A DNA stretch of 64,000 nt from positions 32,001 to 96,000 of the forward strand of contig CAWCTR010000010.1 of NCBI GenBank assembly GCA_963798485.1, in the 5' to 3' direction. Below the pieces are notes generated by a model. The model did no database searches and was not told where the DNA came from. It worked only from the letters and a program-made list of their open reading frames with translations. A program made the translations under genes and the position numbers. Origin of the DNA: an uncultured delta proteobacterium (lineage in GTDB: Bacteria > Desulfobacterota > Desulfomonilia > UBA1062). Positions 31,028 through 42,000 of this stretch are shown one piece after another (the first letter of the stretch is position 1; each line of letters begins with the position of its first letter).

Positions 31028-32677
31028 TCAACCCCCGTATTTCCGGGCGTACTGTTCCACCATCCTATACTTCTGCACCTTGCCGCTCGCGGTCATGGGC
31101 ACTGATTCCACGAATTCCCAATATCTTGGTATCTTATGACGGGCTATCTTTCCCTGACAGAAGGAGATAAATTCATTGTCCGTGGCCTTCTCTCCCGGTT
31201 TTAACATAATGGCGGCAAGGACCTGCTCACCATATTTTTTATCAGGGATGCCGACTACATAGACATCCATCACCTTTGTGTTTTTACGGAGATACTCCTC
31301 GATCTCTCTGGGATATATGTTTTCACCGCCACGGATGATCATCTCCTTGATCCTGCCGGTGACCTTAAAATAACCATGTTCATCAAGGGTGCCCAGGTCG
31401 CCGGTATGGAGCCATCCATCTTTGTCAATTGCATAGGCAGTTTCATCTTGCATCTTATAATAACCCTTCATTACGCATGAGCTCCTGGTGACGATTTCAC
31501 CTTGAACATTGGGGGGAAGATCCTCTCCTGTCGCCGGGTCTATGATTTTGCCCTCTATGTCAGGCAGCAGCCTCCCAACGGTTGCAACCCTCAAGTCGAT
31601 AGGATCACCCCTCCTTGTCATGGTCATCACCGGAGAGGATTCGGTCTGACCGAAAGCGATCACGACTTCAGGACAATGCATTATCTCTATTACCTGATTC
31701 ATCGTCTCAATCGGGCAGGGTGCCCCGGCCATGATGCCTGTCCTGAGGGACTTCATTGAATACTTGCTGAAATCCGCATGACCAAGGATAGTGATGAACA
31801 TGGTGGGGACCCCGTTAATCGCAGTGCACTTCTCCTGCTCGATGTATCTCAATGCCTTTGCAGGATCAAAATACTCCACAAGCACCATGGTTGAACCGTG
31901 CACCATACAGTTAAGCGAGCTCATGACGCAGCCGAAGCAGTGGAAGAGGGGGACCTGTATAAGCAACCGGTCTTTCTCGGTCATACCCATGACATCGCCG
32001 ACCATCCGTGCATTATTGATGATATTGTAGTGGGTGAGCATGACACCTTTGGGGAAGCCGGTGGTACCGGATGTATACTGCATGTTCACAACATCATTGA
32101 AGTGAACCATGTTCTCGCGCCTTGCAAGCTCATCATCAGATATATCCTTGCCCATGGCAAATATCCGATCAAATGAAAACATCCCGGGGATCTCTTTCCT
32201 ATTACCGATGTAAATCACATTCTTGAGATAGGGCAATTTCGGTACGCCCAGTTTCCCCGCCTTGGCAGTATCCAACTCAGGGATAACCTCATGGGCGGTT
32301 CTGTAAAAGTTGGTGTCCCTGTATTCCTCCATAAGCACCAAGGTTGTGGAATCGGATTGGTTGAGGATATATTCGAGTTCATTGGATTTATAATTGGTGT
32401 TCACGGTCACAAGTACGGCACCTATCATCCCGAGCCCGAACTGCATGTATACCCATTCAGGTATATTTGTCGTCCACACTGAGACGTGATCACCCTTCTG
32501 TATACCCAGCGCCATGAACCCCTTTGCGACCCCTATAGTTTTTTCGAGCAATTCCTGATAGCTCAGCCTGAGGTTGATATCCGGATATACGAGGGCGTCG
32601 TTGTTCGGAAATTTCGATGCGGTCTCTCTGATGAGTTTACCCATGGTGATCTCTCGGAAGGCTGTCATGGCTGTCAT
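31028..32677 (-). CDS. AMP-binding acyl-CoA synthetase
   Basis: YTSGTTGFPKG, FGQTESSP, LHTGDL, GGENIYPREIE and SGKVQK. Confidence 0.95.
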   Translation of the reverse strand: MTAMTAFREITMGKLIRETASKFPNNDALVYPDINLRLSYQELLEKTIGVAKGFMALGIQKGDHVSVWTTNIPEWVYMQFGLGMIGAVLVTVNTNYKSNELEYILNQSDSTTLVLMEEYRDTNFYRTAHEVIPELDTAKAGKLGVPKLPYLKNVIYIGNRKEIPGMFSFDRIFAMGKDISDDELARRENMVHFNDVVNMQYTSGTTGFPKGVMLTHYNIINNARMVGDVMGMTEKDRLLIQVPLFHCFGCVMSSLNCMVHGSTMVLVEYFDPAKALRYIEQEKCTAINGVPTMFITILGHADFSKYSMKSLRTGIMAGAPCPIETMNQVIEIMHCPEVVIAFGQTESSPVMTMTRRGDPIDLRVATVGRLLPDIEGKIIDPATGEDLPPNVQGEIVTRSSCVMKGYYKMQDETAYAIDKDGWLHTGDLGTLDEHGYFKVTGRIKEMIIRGGENIYPREIEEYLRKNTKVMDVYVVGIPDKKYGEQVLAAIMLKPGEKATDNEFISFCQGKIARHKIPRYWEFVESVPMTASGKVQKYRMVEQYARKYGG

Positions 32678-32815
32678 TCTCCTTTGGTAGATGGTCTCAT
32701 TTTTTACTATGTACACCTAGGTAATACGAATAATTACAAAGAGATAAAATTGACTTAATTATCAAACTAACACGAGTATAAATAATCCTGATCCGTATGT
32801 CAATAAGAATTTGTC

Positions 32816-33583
32816 TTAGAACATGATAGCGGTGAGAACGTAATCTGCAATCAGGATGCTTACCGAAGAGAGTACTACTGATTGTGTAGCAGCCTGCCCG
32901 ACGCCTTCCGCGCCCCCGCTTGTGCTGTATCCCTTGTAGCATCCGACTATTGCCAAGATTGCCCCGAAGAAGGCGCCCTTGATCAATCCGGAAAACAGAT
33001 CCGTGTACCCGACATACTCGATAATGCGGGACATGAATACCCCTTTATCGATACCAAGTATTGCTGTTCCAACAAGGTAGGATCCGATCATCCCGATACT
33101 ATCGAAGATAAGGGTGAGCATGGGCATCGTAATGATAGTAGCGACAATCCTCGGAATGATAAGGTATTGAAAAGGGTTAACACCCATAACAACCAGCGCA
33201 TCGATCTGTTGTGTCACACGCATGATCCCGATCTCGGCAGTCATTGCGGAGCCGGCTCGGGCTGTCACCATTAAAGCTGCAAGAACCGGTCCGAGTTCTC
33301 TTAGTAGGCCCAGGGCAGTTGTAGATCCGACAAGAGACTCTGCCCCGAAGAGGCTGAACCCATGATAAGTCTGCAACGCGCTCACCATGCCGGAGAATAT
33401 GCCTGTGAGCATTACAACGGGTGTTGAACGAATGCCGATAAACTCCATTTGTTTAAAGAGCTGCTTAATAAACACTGGGGGTTTTACAATATGGGTTATT
33501 ACCTGGAAGAAGAAGATGAAAAAGGCGCCCAACTCCTCCACAAAGGAGATTGTTATCTTGCCGATGTACTCTAAGATATTCAT
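32816..33583 (-). CDS. mlaE: MlaE-family ABC permease
   Basis: RELGPVL, ARAGSAMTAEIG, QQIDAL and GAEGVGQAATQSVV. Confidence 0.92.
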   Translation of the reverse strand: MNILEYIGKITISFVEELGAFFIFFFQVITHIVKPPVFIKQLFKQMEFIGIRSTPVVMLTGIFSGMVSALQTYHGFSLFGAESLVGSTTALGLLRELGPVLAALMVTARAGSAMTAEIGIMRVTQQIDALVVMGVNPFQYLIIPRIVATIITMPMLTLIFDSIGMIGSYLVGTAILGIDKGVFMSRIIEYVGYTDLFSGLIKGAFFGAILAIVGCYKGYSTSGGAEGVGQAATQSVVLSSVSILIADYVLTAIMF

Positions 33584-35076
33584 GTATTCCTGTGGTTGGA
33601 TATCACCCTAGCCACAATCTCCTTCCAGCCCGAATACATTTTTTCCCTGGTGTCTCCATCGATCTTTGGTAAAAAGATATGATCAGAACCTCTTAAAGAC
33701 CTGATTTCATCTCCCGGGTTCCAGAAGCCCGTTGCTATGCCTGCAAGATAGGCCGCCCCCATACCGGTTGACTCTATATGATTGGATCTGTCTACCGGAC
33801 AACCCAGGATATCGGACTGGAACTGCATCAAAAAATCGTTTCTGCATGCACCCCCGTCGACTTTCATGTCTGAGAATGATGTACTCGTGCACTGTTCGAA
33901 CGCGCTGATGAGATCCTTTACCTGATAGGCTATGCCCTCAAGGGCTGCACGTACAATATGCGCCTTTGTGGTGCTTCGGGTAATCCCCATGATGGCGCCC
34001 CGTGCATACATATCCCAGTAGGGTGCACCTAATCCTGCAAAGGCAGGAACCATGTATACCCCGTGAGAATCGCTCACGCTCTCGGCAATCTCCTGGCATT
34101 GTGCAGCATCGGCAATCAGTCCAAGCCCGTCGCGCAACCACTGTATCGCAGCCCCTGCAATGAACACAGATCCTTCGAGTGCATAACAGGGTTTTCCTGT
34201 ATCATCGCACGCCAGTGTGAGGATAAGACCGTTTTTCGGCTCAATCTTTTGAGTTCCGACATTCAGCAGGAGAAAACAGCCTGTTCCGTAGGTGTTCTTT
34301 GCCTGTCCCGCATTAAAGCACCCCTGGCCGAACAGTGCCGCCTGCTGATCGCCTGCAATGCCCGCAATGGGTATGGCAACCCCCGTGACATCAGGATCGG
34401 ACTTGCCGATGATTTCTGCAGATGACACAACGCGGGGAAGCATGGCGCGGGGAATATCGAGAATTTCTAAGAGTTGATCATCCCAGGATCTTTCATGGAT
34501 ATTAAACATCAAGGTCCTGGATGCATTGGTGTAGTCCGTTACATGGAGCCTACCCTTGGTGAGCTTGGCTATAAGCCAGGTATCAATAGTACCAAAGGCG
34601 ATCTCCCCGGACTTCGCACGGGACCTTAAGCCCGGGATCGTATCAAGAAGCCATTTGACCTTGGTGCCTGAAAAATATGCATCGAGAACGAGGCCTGTCT
34701 TTTCTTGGAAAAGGCCTTCATTCCCTTCATGTTTTAATGCATCACAGATCTGTGCTGATCTCCTGCATTGCCAGACAATGGCGTTATGCACGGGCTTTAA
34801 TGTGTCTCTGTCCCATAAAACGGTTGTCTCCCTCTGGTTTGTGATCCCAATGGATATAATCTCTTTGGGCTGGACATAGGCAGCATCAAGGGCCTTTCTC
34901 ATGACACCCAAGGTTGTCTCCCAAATCACCTCAGGGTCATGCTCAACCCAACCTGGCCGGGGAAAGATCTGGGGAAATTCAGAGTAAGCCAATCCCACCA
35001 CCTGACCCTTGTGGTTAAGGATCATAACCCTGCTTCCTGTTGTCCCCTGATCAATTGCCAGTACATAGCCGTTCAT
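33580..35076 (-). CDS. glpK: Glycerol kinase
   Basis: DQGTT, TNQRET, YFSGTK, GDQQAALFG, KNTYGTG and APYW. Confidence 0.97.
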   Translation of the reverse strand: MNGYVLAIDQGTTGSRVMILNHKGQVVGLAYSEFPQIFPRPGWVEHDPEVIWETTLGVMRKALDAAYVQPKEIISIGITNQRETTVLWDRDTLKPVHNAIVWQCRRSAQICDALKHEGNEGLFQEKTGLVLDAYFSGTKVKWLLDTIPGLRSRAKSGEIAFGTIDTWLIAKLTKGRLHVTDYTNASRTLMFNIHERSWDDQLLEILDIPRAMLPRVVSSAEIIGKSDPDVTGVAIPIAGIAGDQQAALFGQGCFNAGQAKNTYGTGCFLLLNVGTQKIEPKNGLILTLACDDTGKPCYALEGSVFIAGAAIQWLRDGLGLIADAAQCQEIAESVSDSHGVYMVPAFAGLGAPYWDMYARGAIMGITRSTTKAHIVRAALEGIAYQVKDLISAFEQCTSTSFSDMKVDGGACRNDFLMQFQSDILGCPVDRSNHIESTGMGAAYLAGIATGFWNPGDEIRSLRGSDHIFLPKIDGDTREKMYSGWKEIVARVISNHRNT

Positions 35077-35096
35077 GAATCGAGCCCCCTTCTAAC

Positions 35097-35669
35097 TCAT
35101 TCGCCTTGCAATTGTACTCCGAATTTTTTCAAGTCTTTGTAGAGATGAGAAAGCGGCAAGCCAATGACATTGGTGTAGCACCCATGGATTTTTTCTATGA
35201 ACAATGATCCAATGCCTTGTACTGCATACGCCCCTGCCTTGTCCATGGGTTCACCGGTTGAGACATACCAGGAGATCTCTTTTACAGTCATGGCCCTGAA
35301 ACGGACCTTTGTTTTTACCACCTTTGATAGAGAACGATTCCCTGATGCTATAGTATACCCAGTGAGAACATCATGCATTTTATCTTGAAGGAGCATGAGA
35401 AAATCATAAGCTTCACTTGGGCCCCGAGGTTTGCCAAGGATCGTTCCATCAATCACGACAATTGTGTCTGCCCCGATGACCAGTGCATCAGGATATTTCT
35501 GCGACACTAGAATCGCCTTTTCCTTGCTGACCCGCAAGCAAAATGATCGCGGTGTTTCATCCGGTAGCTGAACTTCAGGTATGTTGGGGGCTACTACTTG
35601 GAAGGGTATTCCAAGCAGCGAGAGCAGTTCTTTTCGCCTCGGAGAGCCCGATGAGAGTAACATCTGCAT
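35097..35669 (-). CDS. maf: Maf nucleotide pyrophosphatase
   Basis: SGSPRR, GADTIV, GKP, DKAGAY and NVIGLP. Confidence 0.95.
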   Translation of the reverse strand: MQMLLSSGSPRRKELLSLLGIPFQVVAPNIPEVQLPDETPRSFCLRVSKEKAILVSQKYPDALVIGADTIVVIDGTILGKPRGPSEAYDFLMLLQDKMHDVLTGYTIASGNRSLSKVVKTKVRFRAMTVKEISWYVSTGEPMDKAGAYAVQGIGSLFIEKIHGCYTNVIGLPLSHLYKDLKKFGVQLQGE

Positions 35670-35742
35670 AGCCCCACAGACTAAGAGAAATTATTGCGTC
35701 TGTCAACTTATCTGGGGTGAGGGGCATCGAAGGTGAGGTGTG

Positions 35743-36111
35743 TTAGGTGCGTTCATTCATGTAACGGGGCGAAGTGGAATTTTTCTGTTTATAGCCCTTG
35801 AGTGAGACTTGGCTTTTTCTTAAAGTGCCGATCTCTTGTGCGAGCTCTTCAGTCTGGGTCTTTAGGGACTCGATGAGCTTTTCCTGCTCCTTGTGAAGCC
35901 CCCCGATCATGATAGAGATATTCTTGTCTTTTACAAGGGAGTTTGATGCTGCAAACACATGGCTGAGCCGTTGCTGAATTGTTAAGGTCATTTGAAAAAG
36001 CCTTTCCAACTCATGGATGTTTCCCTGGGATAGGGCTTCACTTCCTTTGTTCAGGATAACCCGCCACGACTTGAGGAGTTTCAGTGCTGTTTCAGGATTA
36101 TGGTCTGCCAT
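35743..36111 (-). CDS. Small helical flagellar chaperone-like protein (FliT/FlgN-like)
   Basis: Directly downstream of and overlapping fliS; coiled-coil character; typical size. Confidence 0.55.
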   Translation of the reverse strand: MADHNPETALKLLKSWRVILNKGSEALSQGNIHELERLFQMTLTIQQRLSHVFAASNSLVKDKNISIMIGGLHKEQEKLIESLKTQTEELAQEIGTLRKSQVSLKGYKQKNSTSPRYMNERT

Positions 36112-36461
36112 GATTCCCTGAGCTCCTGTAGATAACCGATTACCTCATTGAGAGGGTCGATAGTATTATGGTACTGGGCGTCTATGAGCCGTCTGATCAT
36201 GTAGTTGTAAAGTGAATCGAGATTATATGCGATTTCACCTGCCTCAAAGTTCAGGCCGTTAATCAACTCCCACAAGACGTTTTGACTCTTGGTGAGCAAT
36301 TCGCTCATGGCATCAACATTCTCCTCCTTGTGAGCCTTAATAGCCTGTCTAATGAAGTTTATGGCGCCGTCATAGCACAAGAGGATAAGATTTCCCTGGT
36401 CAGATGTCTGGATCTGGGTCTTCTTGTATGCTTGGTAACCGATTGTATTTATATTCATCAA
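36081..36461 (-). CDS. fliS: Flagellar export chaperone FliS
   Basis: AYKKTQIQT, LILLCYDGAI, LDSLYNYM and LRESW. Confidence 0.93.
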   Translation of the reverse strand: MMNINTIGYQAYKKTQIQTSDQGNLILLCYDGAINFIRQAIKAHKEENVDAMSELLTKSQNVLWELINGLNFEAGEIAYNLDSLYNYMIRRLIDAQYHNTIDPLNEVIGYLQELRESWQTIILKQH

Positions 36462-36492
36462 AGAGCCCCCCCCAACTCCTTTTCTACTAATA

Positions 36493-36519
36493 CTATCGGT
36501 GTCGTCAGATATTTCTTTA
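36493..36519 (-). promoter_or_regulatory. Putative sigma28 (FliA) promoter of fliS
   Basis: TAAA-N15-ACCGATAG on the minus strand, matching TAAA-N15-GCCGATAA. Confidence 0.7.
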
Positions 36520-36544
36520 GAGTATTCTTAAAGATCTTCATGGA

Positions 36545-37723
36545 TTACTTCAGTGAAGAAAGGGCTTCCTTGATTCTTGCAAGACCCTTGGTAATGTTTT
36601 CTTCCGAGGTGGCAAATGATAATCTTACATGGTTCGGCGCGCCGAACTCTCCACCAGGGACAAGAGCCACCAAGGCCTTCTCGATAAGGTATTCCGAGAA
36701 GGCGGTTGCATTGCCGAACCGTTCCATGTAACCGTTAATAGAGGGAAATGCATAGAAGGTCCCGTCCGGGGGTATGATATCGATCCCCGGGATCTCTCTG
36801 AGCTTGGCAACGATAAGATCCCGTCGTTTTTCAAAGATCTTTCTTCTCTCCTCCACAACCAACTGGGTTTGATCACTTGTGAGAGAGGTAATGGCGCCAT
36901 CCTGGGCGAAGCTGGTAGGGTTGGATGTGCTCTGACTTTGTAGCCTCTCCATGGCCTTGATAACCTTGCTGTCTCCTATGCAGTAACCGATACGCCACCC
37001 GGTCATGGCATAGGTTTTTGAAGACCCATCTACGATGAAGGTTCTTTGGGCGACCTCGGGGGAGATCATGGCGGTACTGGAAAACTTAAGCCCATCAAAG
37101 ATGATCTTGCGGTAGATATCGTCTGATATGATCACAATATCATGCTTCACACATAACTCGGCAATCCTCTCAAGCTCCAACTTATCGATGATACCTCCTG
37201 TGGGATTAGAGGGAGAATTGATTATGATGCCTTTTGTGCGCGTGGTGATTGCCTCGGCTACCATTTCTGCATGGAGCTTCATGCCGGTAGGCCTGGTGTC
37301 GATGGTTATTGGGGTGGCGCCTGTCATCTCCACCATGGGCGGGTATGATACCCAGTATGGACCAGGGCAGATTACCTCATCCCCTTTTTCGAACAGGGTG
37401 AGGAATAGGTTATAGAGGCTGTGTTTGGCCCCACAAGAGACAATCACATTTTCAGGGGAAACGCTCAAGGCGTAATCCTTTTTGATATTCGCACAGACAG
37501 CCTCCTTGAGCTTGGGGGTGCCGCCGACCGGTGTGTATTTCGTGCTTCCCCTTTTGAGTGCTTCAATGGCAGAGGTTTTGATATTCTCAGGGGTATCGAA
37601 ATCGGGTTCTCCTGCAGTGAATCCGATAACATCCTTTCCCTTTGCCTTGAGCTCATTGACCTTGGCGGTCAAGGCGAGGGTCGGTGAACCTGGGATCTTG
37701 GAAACGAGTTTAGATATCTTCAT
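36545..37723 (-). CDS. Aspartate aminotransferase-like class I aminotransferase
   Basis: AGEPDFDTP, NSPSNPTG, SDDIY and SKTYAMTGWRIG. Confidence 0.93.
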   Translation of the reverse strand: MKISKLVSKIPGSPTLALTAKVNELKAKGKDVIGFTAGEPDFDTPENIKTSAIEALKRGSTKYTPVGGTPKLKEAVCANIKKDYALSVSPENVIVSCGAKHSLYNLFLTLFEKGDEVICPGPYWVSYPPMVEMTGATPITIDTRPTGMKLHAEMVAEAITTRTKGIIINSPSNPTGGIIDKLELERIAELCVKHDIVIISDDIYRKIIFDGLKFSSTAMISPEVAQRTFIVDGSSKTYAMTGWRIGYCIGDSKVIKAMERLQSQSTSNPTSFAQDGAITSLTSDQTQLVVEERRKIFEKRRDLIVAKLREIPGIDIIPPDGTFYAFPSINGYMERFGNATAFSEYLIEKALVALVPGGEFGAPNHVRLSFATSEENITKGLARIKEALSSLK

Positions 37724-37735
37724 AGCAAATCCTCC

Positions 37736-38245
37736 CTAGTCGTGGTGCTTGGTATTCATATGGGGGAACTTCTCAAGGAGTTTATCCAATGCAGGCTGCG
37801 GTATCAGGCCTTCGACCCATCCGCCTGCTGCGGCTGTTGCCTTGACGATGGTTGAACTGACAAAGAGATGGTTGTAATCCGTCATAAGGAAAAACGTCTC
37901 TGCCTCATCACAGAGCCTCCTGTTCATGAGGGCAAGTTGCATCTCCAGCTCAAAGTCGGAGATGACCCTGAGGCCCCGCAGGATGGCGCAGGCGCCGACC
38001 TTCTTGATGTAGTCAACGAGCAGACCCTCGAATGAATCAACTTCTATCCTTGGGTTCCCCTCTACGGATTTCTTGATCATGTCGATCTTTTCCTCCGTGG
38101 TGAACAGATCCTGCTTCAGGGGGTTATGACCCACTGCAATTATCACCTTGTCGAAGACACAAAGGCCTCGGCGGACGATATCAAGGTGTCCATTGGTGAT
38201 GGGGTCAAAGGAGCCGGGGCAGACGGCGATCTTTTCCCTTTTCAT
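37736..38245 (-). CDS. coaD: Phosphopantetheine adenylyltransferase
   Basis: PGSFDPITNGH, RGLR..SDFE and VSST. Confidence 0.97.
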   Translation of the reverse strand: MKREKIAVCPGSFDPITNGHLDIVRRGLCVFDKVIIAVGHNPLKQDLFTTEEKIDMIKKSVEGNPRIEVDSFEGLLVDYIKKVGACAILRGLRVISDFELEMQLALMNRRLCDEAETFFLMTDYNHLFVSSTIVKATAAAGGWVEGLIPQPALDKLLEKFPHMNTKHHD

Positions 38246-38772
38246 TCCTCACTCCTCACAAAATATGAAACGGCGGTGTCCCCATACCTTTTCGTTTTCC
38301 ATGCAGACAATGGGATCTCCTCTTTCGTTGAGTGTTCCACCACCAATATCCCTCCAGGGTTCAGGAGGTTATATACATGAGGCGCCAATTGCGAGGCAAG
38401 ACCTTTATGGTAGGGAGGGTCCATGAATATGAGGTCAAAGGAGGTGCTGCATGTATTGATATAGGTGCGGGCATCGATCTTGATGATGATCGCAAGCTGA
38501 TTCGCATCTATGACATGGATATTCCGCTCAATGACAGTGATGCACTCCCTGGCATTCTCGACAAAGGTGACCCGGGCCGCACCCCTGCTTATGGCCTCAA
38601 TCCCCAGGCCGCCGCTGCCTGCAAAGAGGTCTAAGACTACGGAATCTTGAAGATGATGGATCAGTGTAGAGAAGATCGCTTCCTTCACGCGATCGGTTGT
38701 CGGCCGCACCTTTGAAGCAGGGCATTCAAGACGAATAGAACGGTATCTTCCGCCGCATATCCTGGTAGACAT
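38242..38772 (-). CDS. rsmD: 16S rRNA m2G966 methyltransferase
   Basis: RPTTDRVKEAIF, LDLFAGSG and DPPY; canonical rsmD-coaD pair. Confidence 0.95.
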   Translation of the reverse strand: MSTRICGGRYRSIRLECPASKVRPTTDRVKEAIFSTLIHHLQDSVVLDLFAGSGGLGIEAISRGAARVTFVENARECITVIERNIHVIDANQLAIIIKIDARTYINTCSTSFDLIFMDPPYHKGLASQLAPHVYNLLNPGGILVVEHSTKEEIPLSAWKTKRYGDTAVSYFVRSEE

Positions 38773-39081
38773 GGACGGTAGGATAAGGGAGAACGCCCGG
38801 GAGGTCAATACGACTGTCGAACGAATATGAGAGAGCATGGAGGGGTGGTATGTTGAAATAACATACAAAGATGAGACCAGAAATGGAATTCAATTTCCGC
38901 TGAAGAAGAAAATGTTTATACCAAGGTGCCTCTTGCAAAGCATTTCAATTTTCTAATTTATTGAAATCATGCGCAACAGATATTTGCATAAGTTTTGCAT
39001 GCAATAATATCTTAATAATTAATTCTTTGTTATGATTTTCCTCCTTTATAACTCTACATAGTTTAGAGGAGGTTTCTTGTG

Positions 39082-42000
39082 ATGAACAACACTTGCAAAA
39101 GGTTTTATAGTGGGTCTTTGTATGGCTTAATATCCGTATCTCTTCTATGCAGAGTACTTCTATTCCTGATTCTGCTCAACATTGCATCCATCCCTCTCAT
39201 TAATAATGTCGCAGCCTGCCCGCCGGACCTCAAAGGGGATGTGGTTTTCGACAAGGACCGGCCCCTGGGGAGCGAGATCACGCTGAACAGCACGCTGTTC
39301 AATGTCTCGGGCAACCCCCTCTTCTATCAATGGTGCGGCCCTTTCTCCACGGTGATGGACCCCGGACCGATTGTCTTCCTACCCGAAGGCACCCATGCCA
39401 TAACACTGTTCGCCTATGAGGGCATTCAGCGCTCCGGCCCGTTTACGCTCTATTTTGCAGTTGACCCTGAGTATTACATCCTGCCCATCGCCCTGAAAGG
39501 TAAAGTGTTTGTCGGCTGGCTGCCTGTAAAAGATGCACAGCAGTATCAGCTATACCGGGCGATTGAGACAACCCCCTCCAGTTTTGTAAAGATAGCTGAT
39601 CTCCCATCAAGCTCTATCACCTACACTGACCCCAATCTCAGGGATGCAACATACTTGTATGTCCTGGGCGCACTGGTGAACGGTAAGTGGACTTTTTCCC
39701 ACATAGCTAGCGCGCACCCGTTTACCAGCCTCCCCAAGCTGAACTATCCACCGGTCATATACTCGCAGCCCGTCATCCCGGCTACGGTGGACGTGCCGTA
39801 TACCTACAATGTCCTGGCGATCGACCCGCTGCCCGATATCCTCACCTACAGCCTCCTCAGCTCACCCCCGGGAATGACCATAAACAACCTGACCGGTCTC
39901 ATCCAATGGATGCCGCCCGCCATGGGCGATTACGAGGTTATTGTCAAGGTCAAGGACTTGAAGAACACCTACATGATCCAGACCTTCATTGTGGAAGCTG
40001 ATGAATTGAAGGCCCCCAACAGACCTCCCGTCGCCCATGCAGGCGGGCCGTATACCGCGGATGTCGGCAAGGCAATGGTCTTCGACGGCTCTGCAACATA
40101 CGACCCGGACGGTGATACCCTGCAGTATGCATGGAACTTTGGTGACGGCAATAATGGAACCGGTGTATCTCTCAGCCATACCTATAACACCGTAGGTGCG
40201 CATCAGGTCACACTCGTGGTCACGGACGGCAAAGGCGGGGTTTCAACCGATGCCACAACTGTAACAGTAACCTGTCAACAGCCCATGGTGGAGTTCTCAG
40301 CCGACCCGAATTCCCTACGCCCAGGCGACCCGTGCACCCTCGTATGGTCTTCGGTAAACGCACAGAATGTAAGCATCGATGACGGCATCGGGCCTGTCAA
40401 TGCATCGGGAACCATGACAATACACCCCCAGAGCACAACGACCTACACCATCATGGCCGCAAGCCCTTGTGATAGCGCCACAAAGTCCGTTACGGTGATC
40501 GTGAACCAGCCGCCCGTTGTAACCATAGACGCCTCCCCGAAATCCATTATCCTAGGCCATTTTGCAACACTCACCTGGACCTCCGCCAACGCGGCTGCCA
40601 TCACCATCGACCAAGGCATTGGCTCGGTTATGCCGAATGGCTCCTTGTCGGTATCTCCGGCAACAGCCACCAACTATACCATTACCGCCCAGGGCCCCGG
40701 CGGGACCGCCACTGCCAGCGTCGAAGTAAAGGTAAGCCCTCCACCGGCTCCCACAGTAAGTTTAACTGCAAACCCCACATCCATAATCCAAGGCGCATTT
40801 TCCACCCTCACTTGGACCTCCGCCAATGCCGACACCCTGAGCATCAGTAGCGGCATCGGCCCGGTCAACCCGAACGGCTCCACTATTGTAACTCCCACTC
40901 AGACCACCACCTACACCATCACTGCCCTTGGCCCTGGCGGGACTGCTACTTCGAGCGCTGCAGTCACGGTAACGCCTGCAAACGGCCCTCCCAGAATCGA
41001 CAGTTTTACTGCCGCCTGCGGCGATAACCCTATCCTTAGAGGTTCATCCACTACACTAAGCTGGCGTTGCTCCAATGTGGATAATGTCACAACAGTCTAC
41101 ATCGAACCTGTAGGCTCGATTAATATCAGCGCATCTCCTCTTACAGTCTCCCCCCAGGTGACCACCGCCTATAACCTCACGGTTTCGAACCAGTGGGGTT
41201 TTGCGAGCGCGCAGGTCATCGTGAAGGTAACGGTTCCCCGTACGCCGCTGCCCGACGGGTCCTTCGGGAAACAGTATGAAGGGTTCATCCCCATTGATTC
41301 TACAGTGCAGCAATATAATACCAACCGGTTTTCTGTGATCACCGGCATCATGCAGGACAATACCAACGCCCCGCTGCCCGGGGTATCGGTCACGATCCTC
41401 GGACACCCCGAGTACGGCACGGCACAGACAGACAGCCAGGGGAGATTCGCACTGCCTGTTGAAGGCGGCAGCCTCATGACCGTGGTATACAGCAGGAATG
41501 GCTTTCTCATAGTGCACCGGAATCTCAATGTACCGTGGAATGAAATAGCTGTTGCCGAGACCAGCGTGATGATCCCACGGGATACGGCGGCGACTACCAT
41601 CACCCTTGACGGGAACCCTCAAGCATCCTTTGTTCACCAGAGCGGTATCTCATCGGATAAGGACGGCACAAGGTCATGCACCCTGGTATTCAAGGGAGAC
41701 GCCATTGCAACAGCCGTAGATGCCGCAGGTAACACCACCAAGACCCTGCCAAGCACGATGTCGGTCAGGGTAACCGAGTTCACCGTGGGTCCTAATGGGA
41801 ACCCAGCCATGCCCGCTGAGCTTCCGCCCCAATCGGCATACACCTTCTGCGCCGAGTTCCAGGTAGACGGCGTCGAGAGGGTCAGGTTCAGCAAGCCCGT
41901 GGTTGCATGGGAGGATAACTTCCTCGGGTTACCTGTCGGCACCATAATCCCGGTAGGTTACTATGACCGGGATAAGGGTGTATGGGTACCCCATGCCAAT

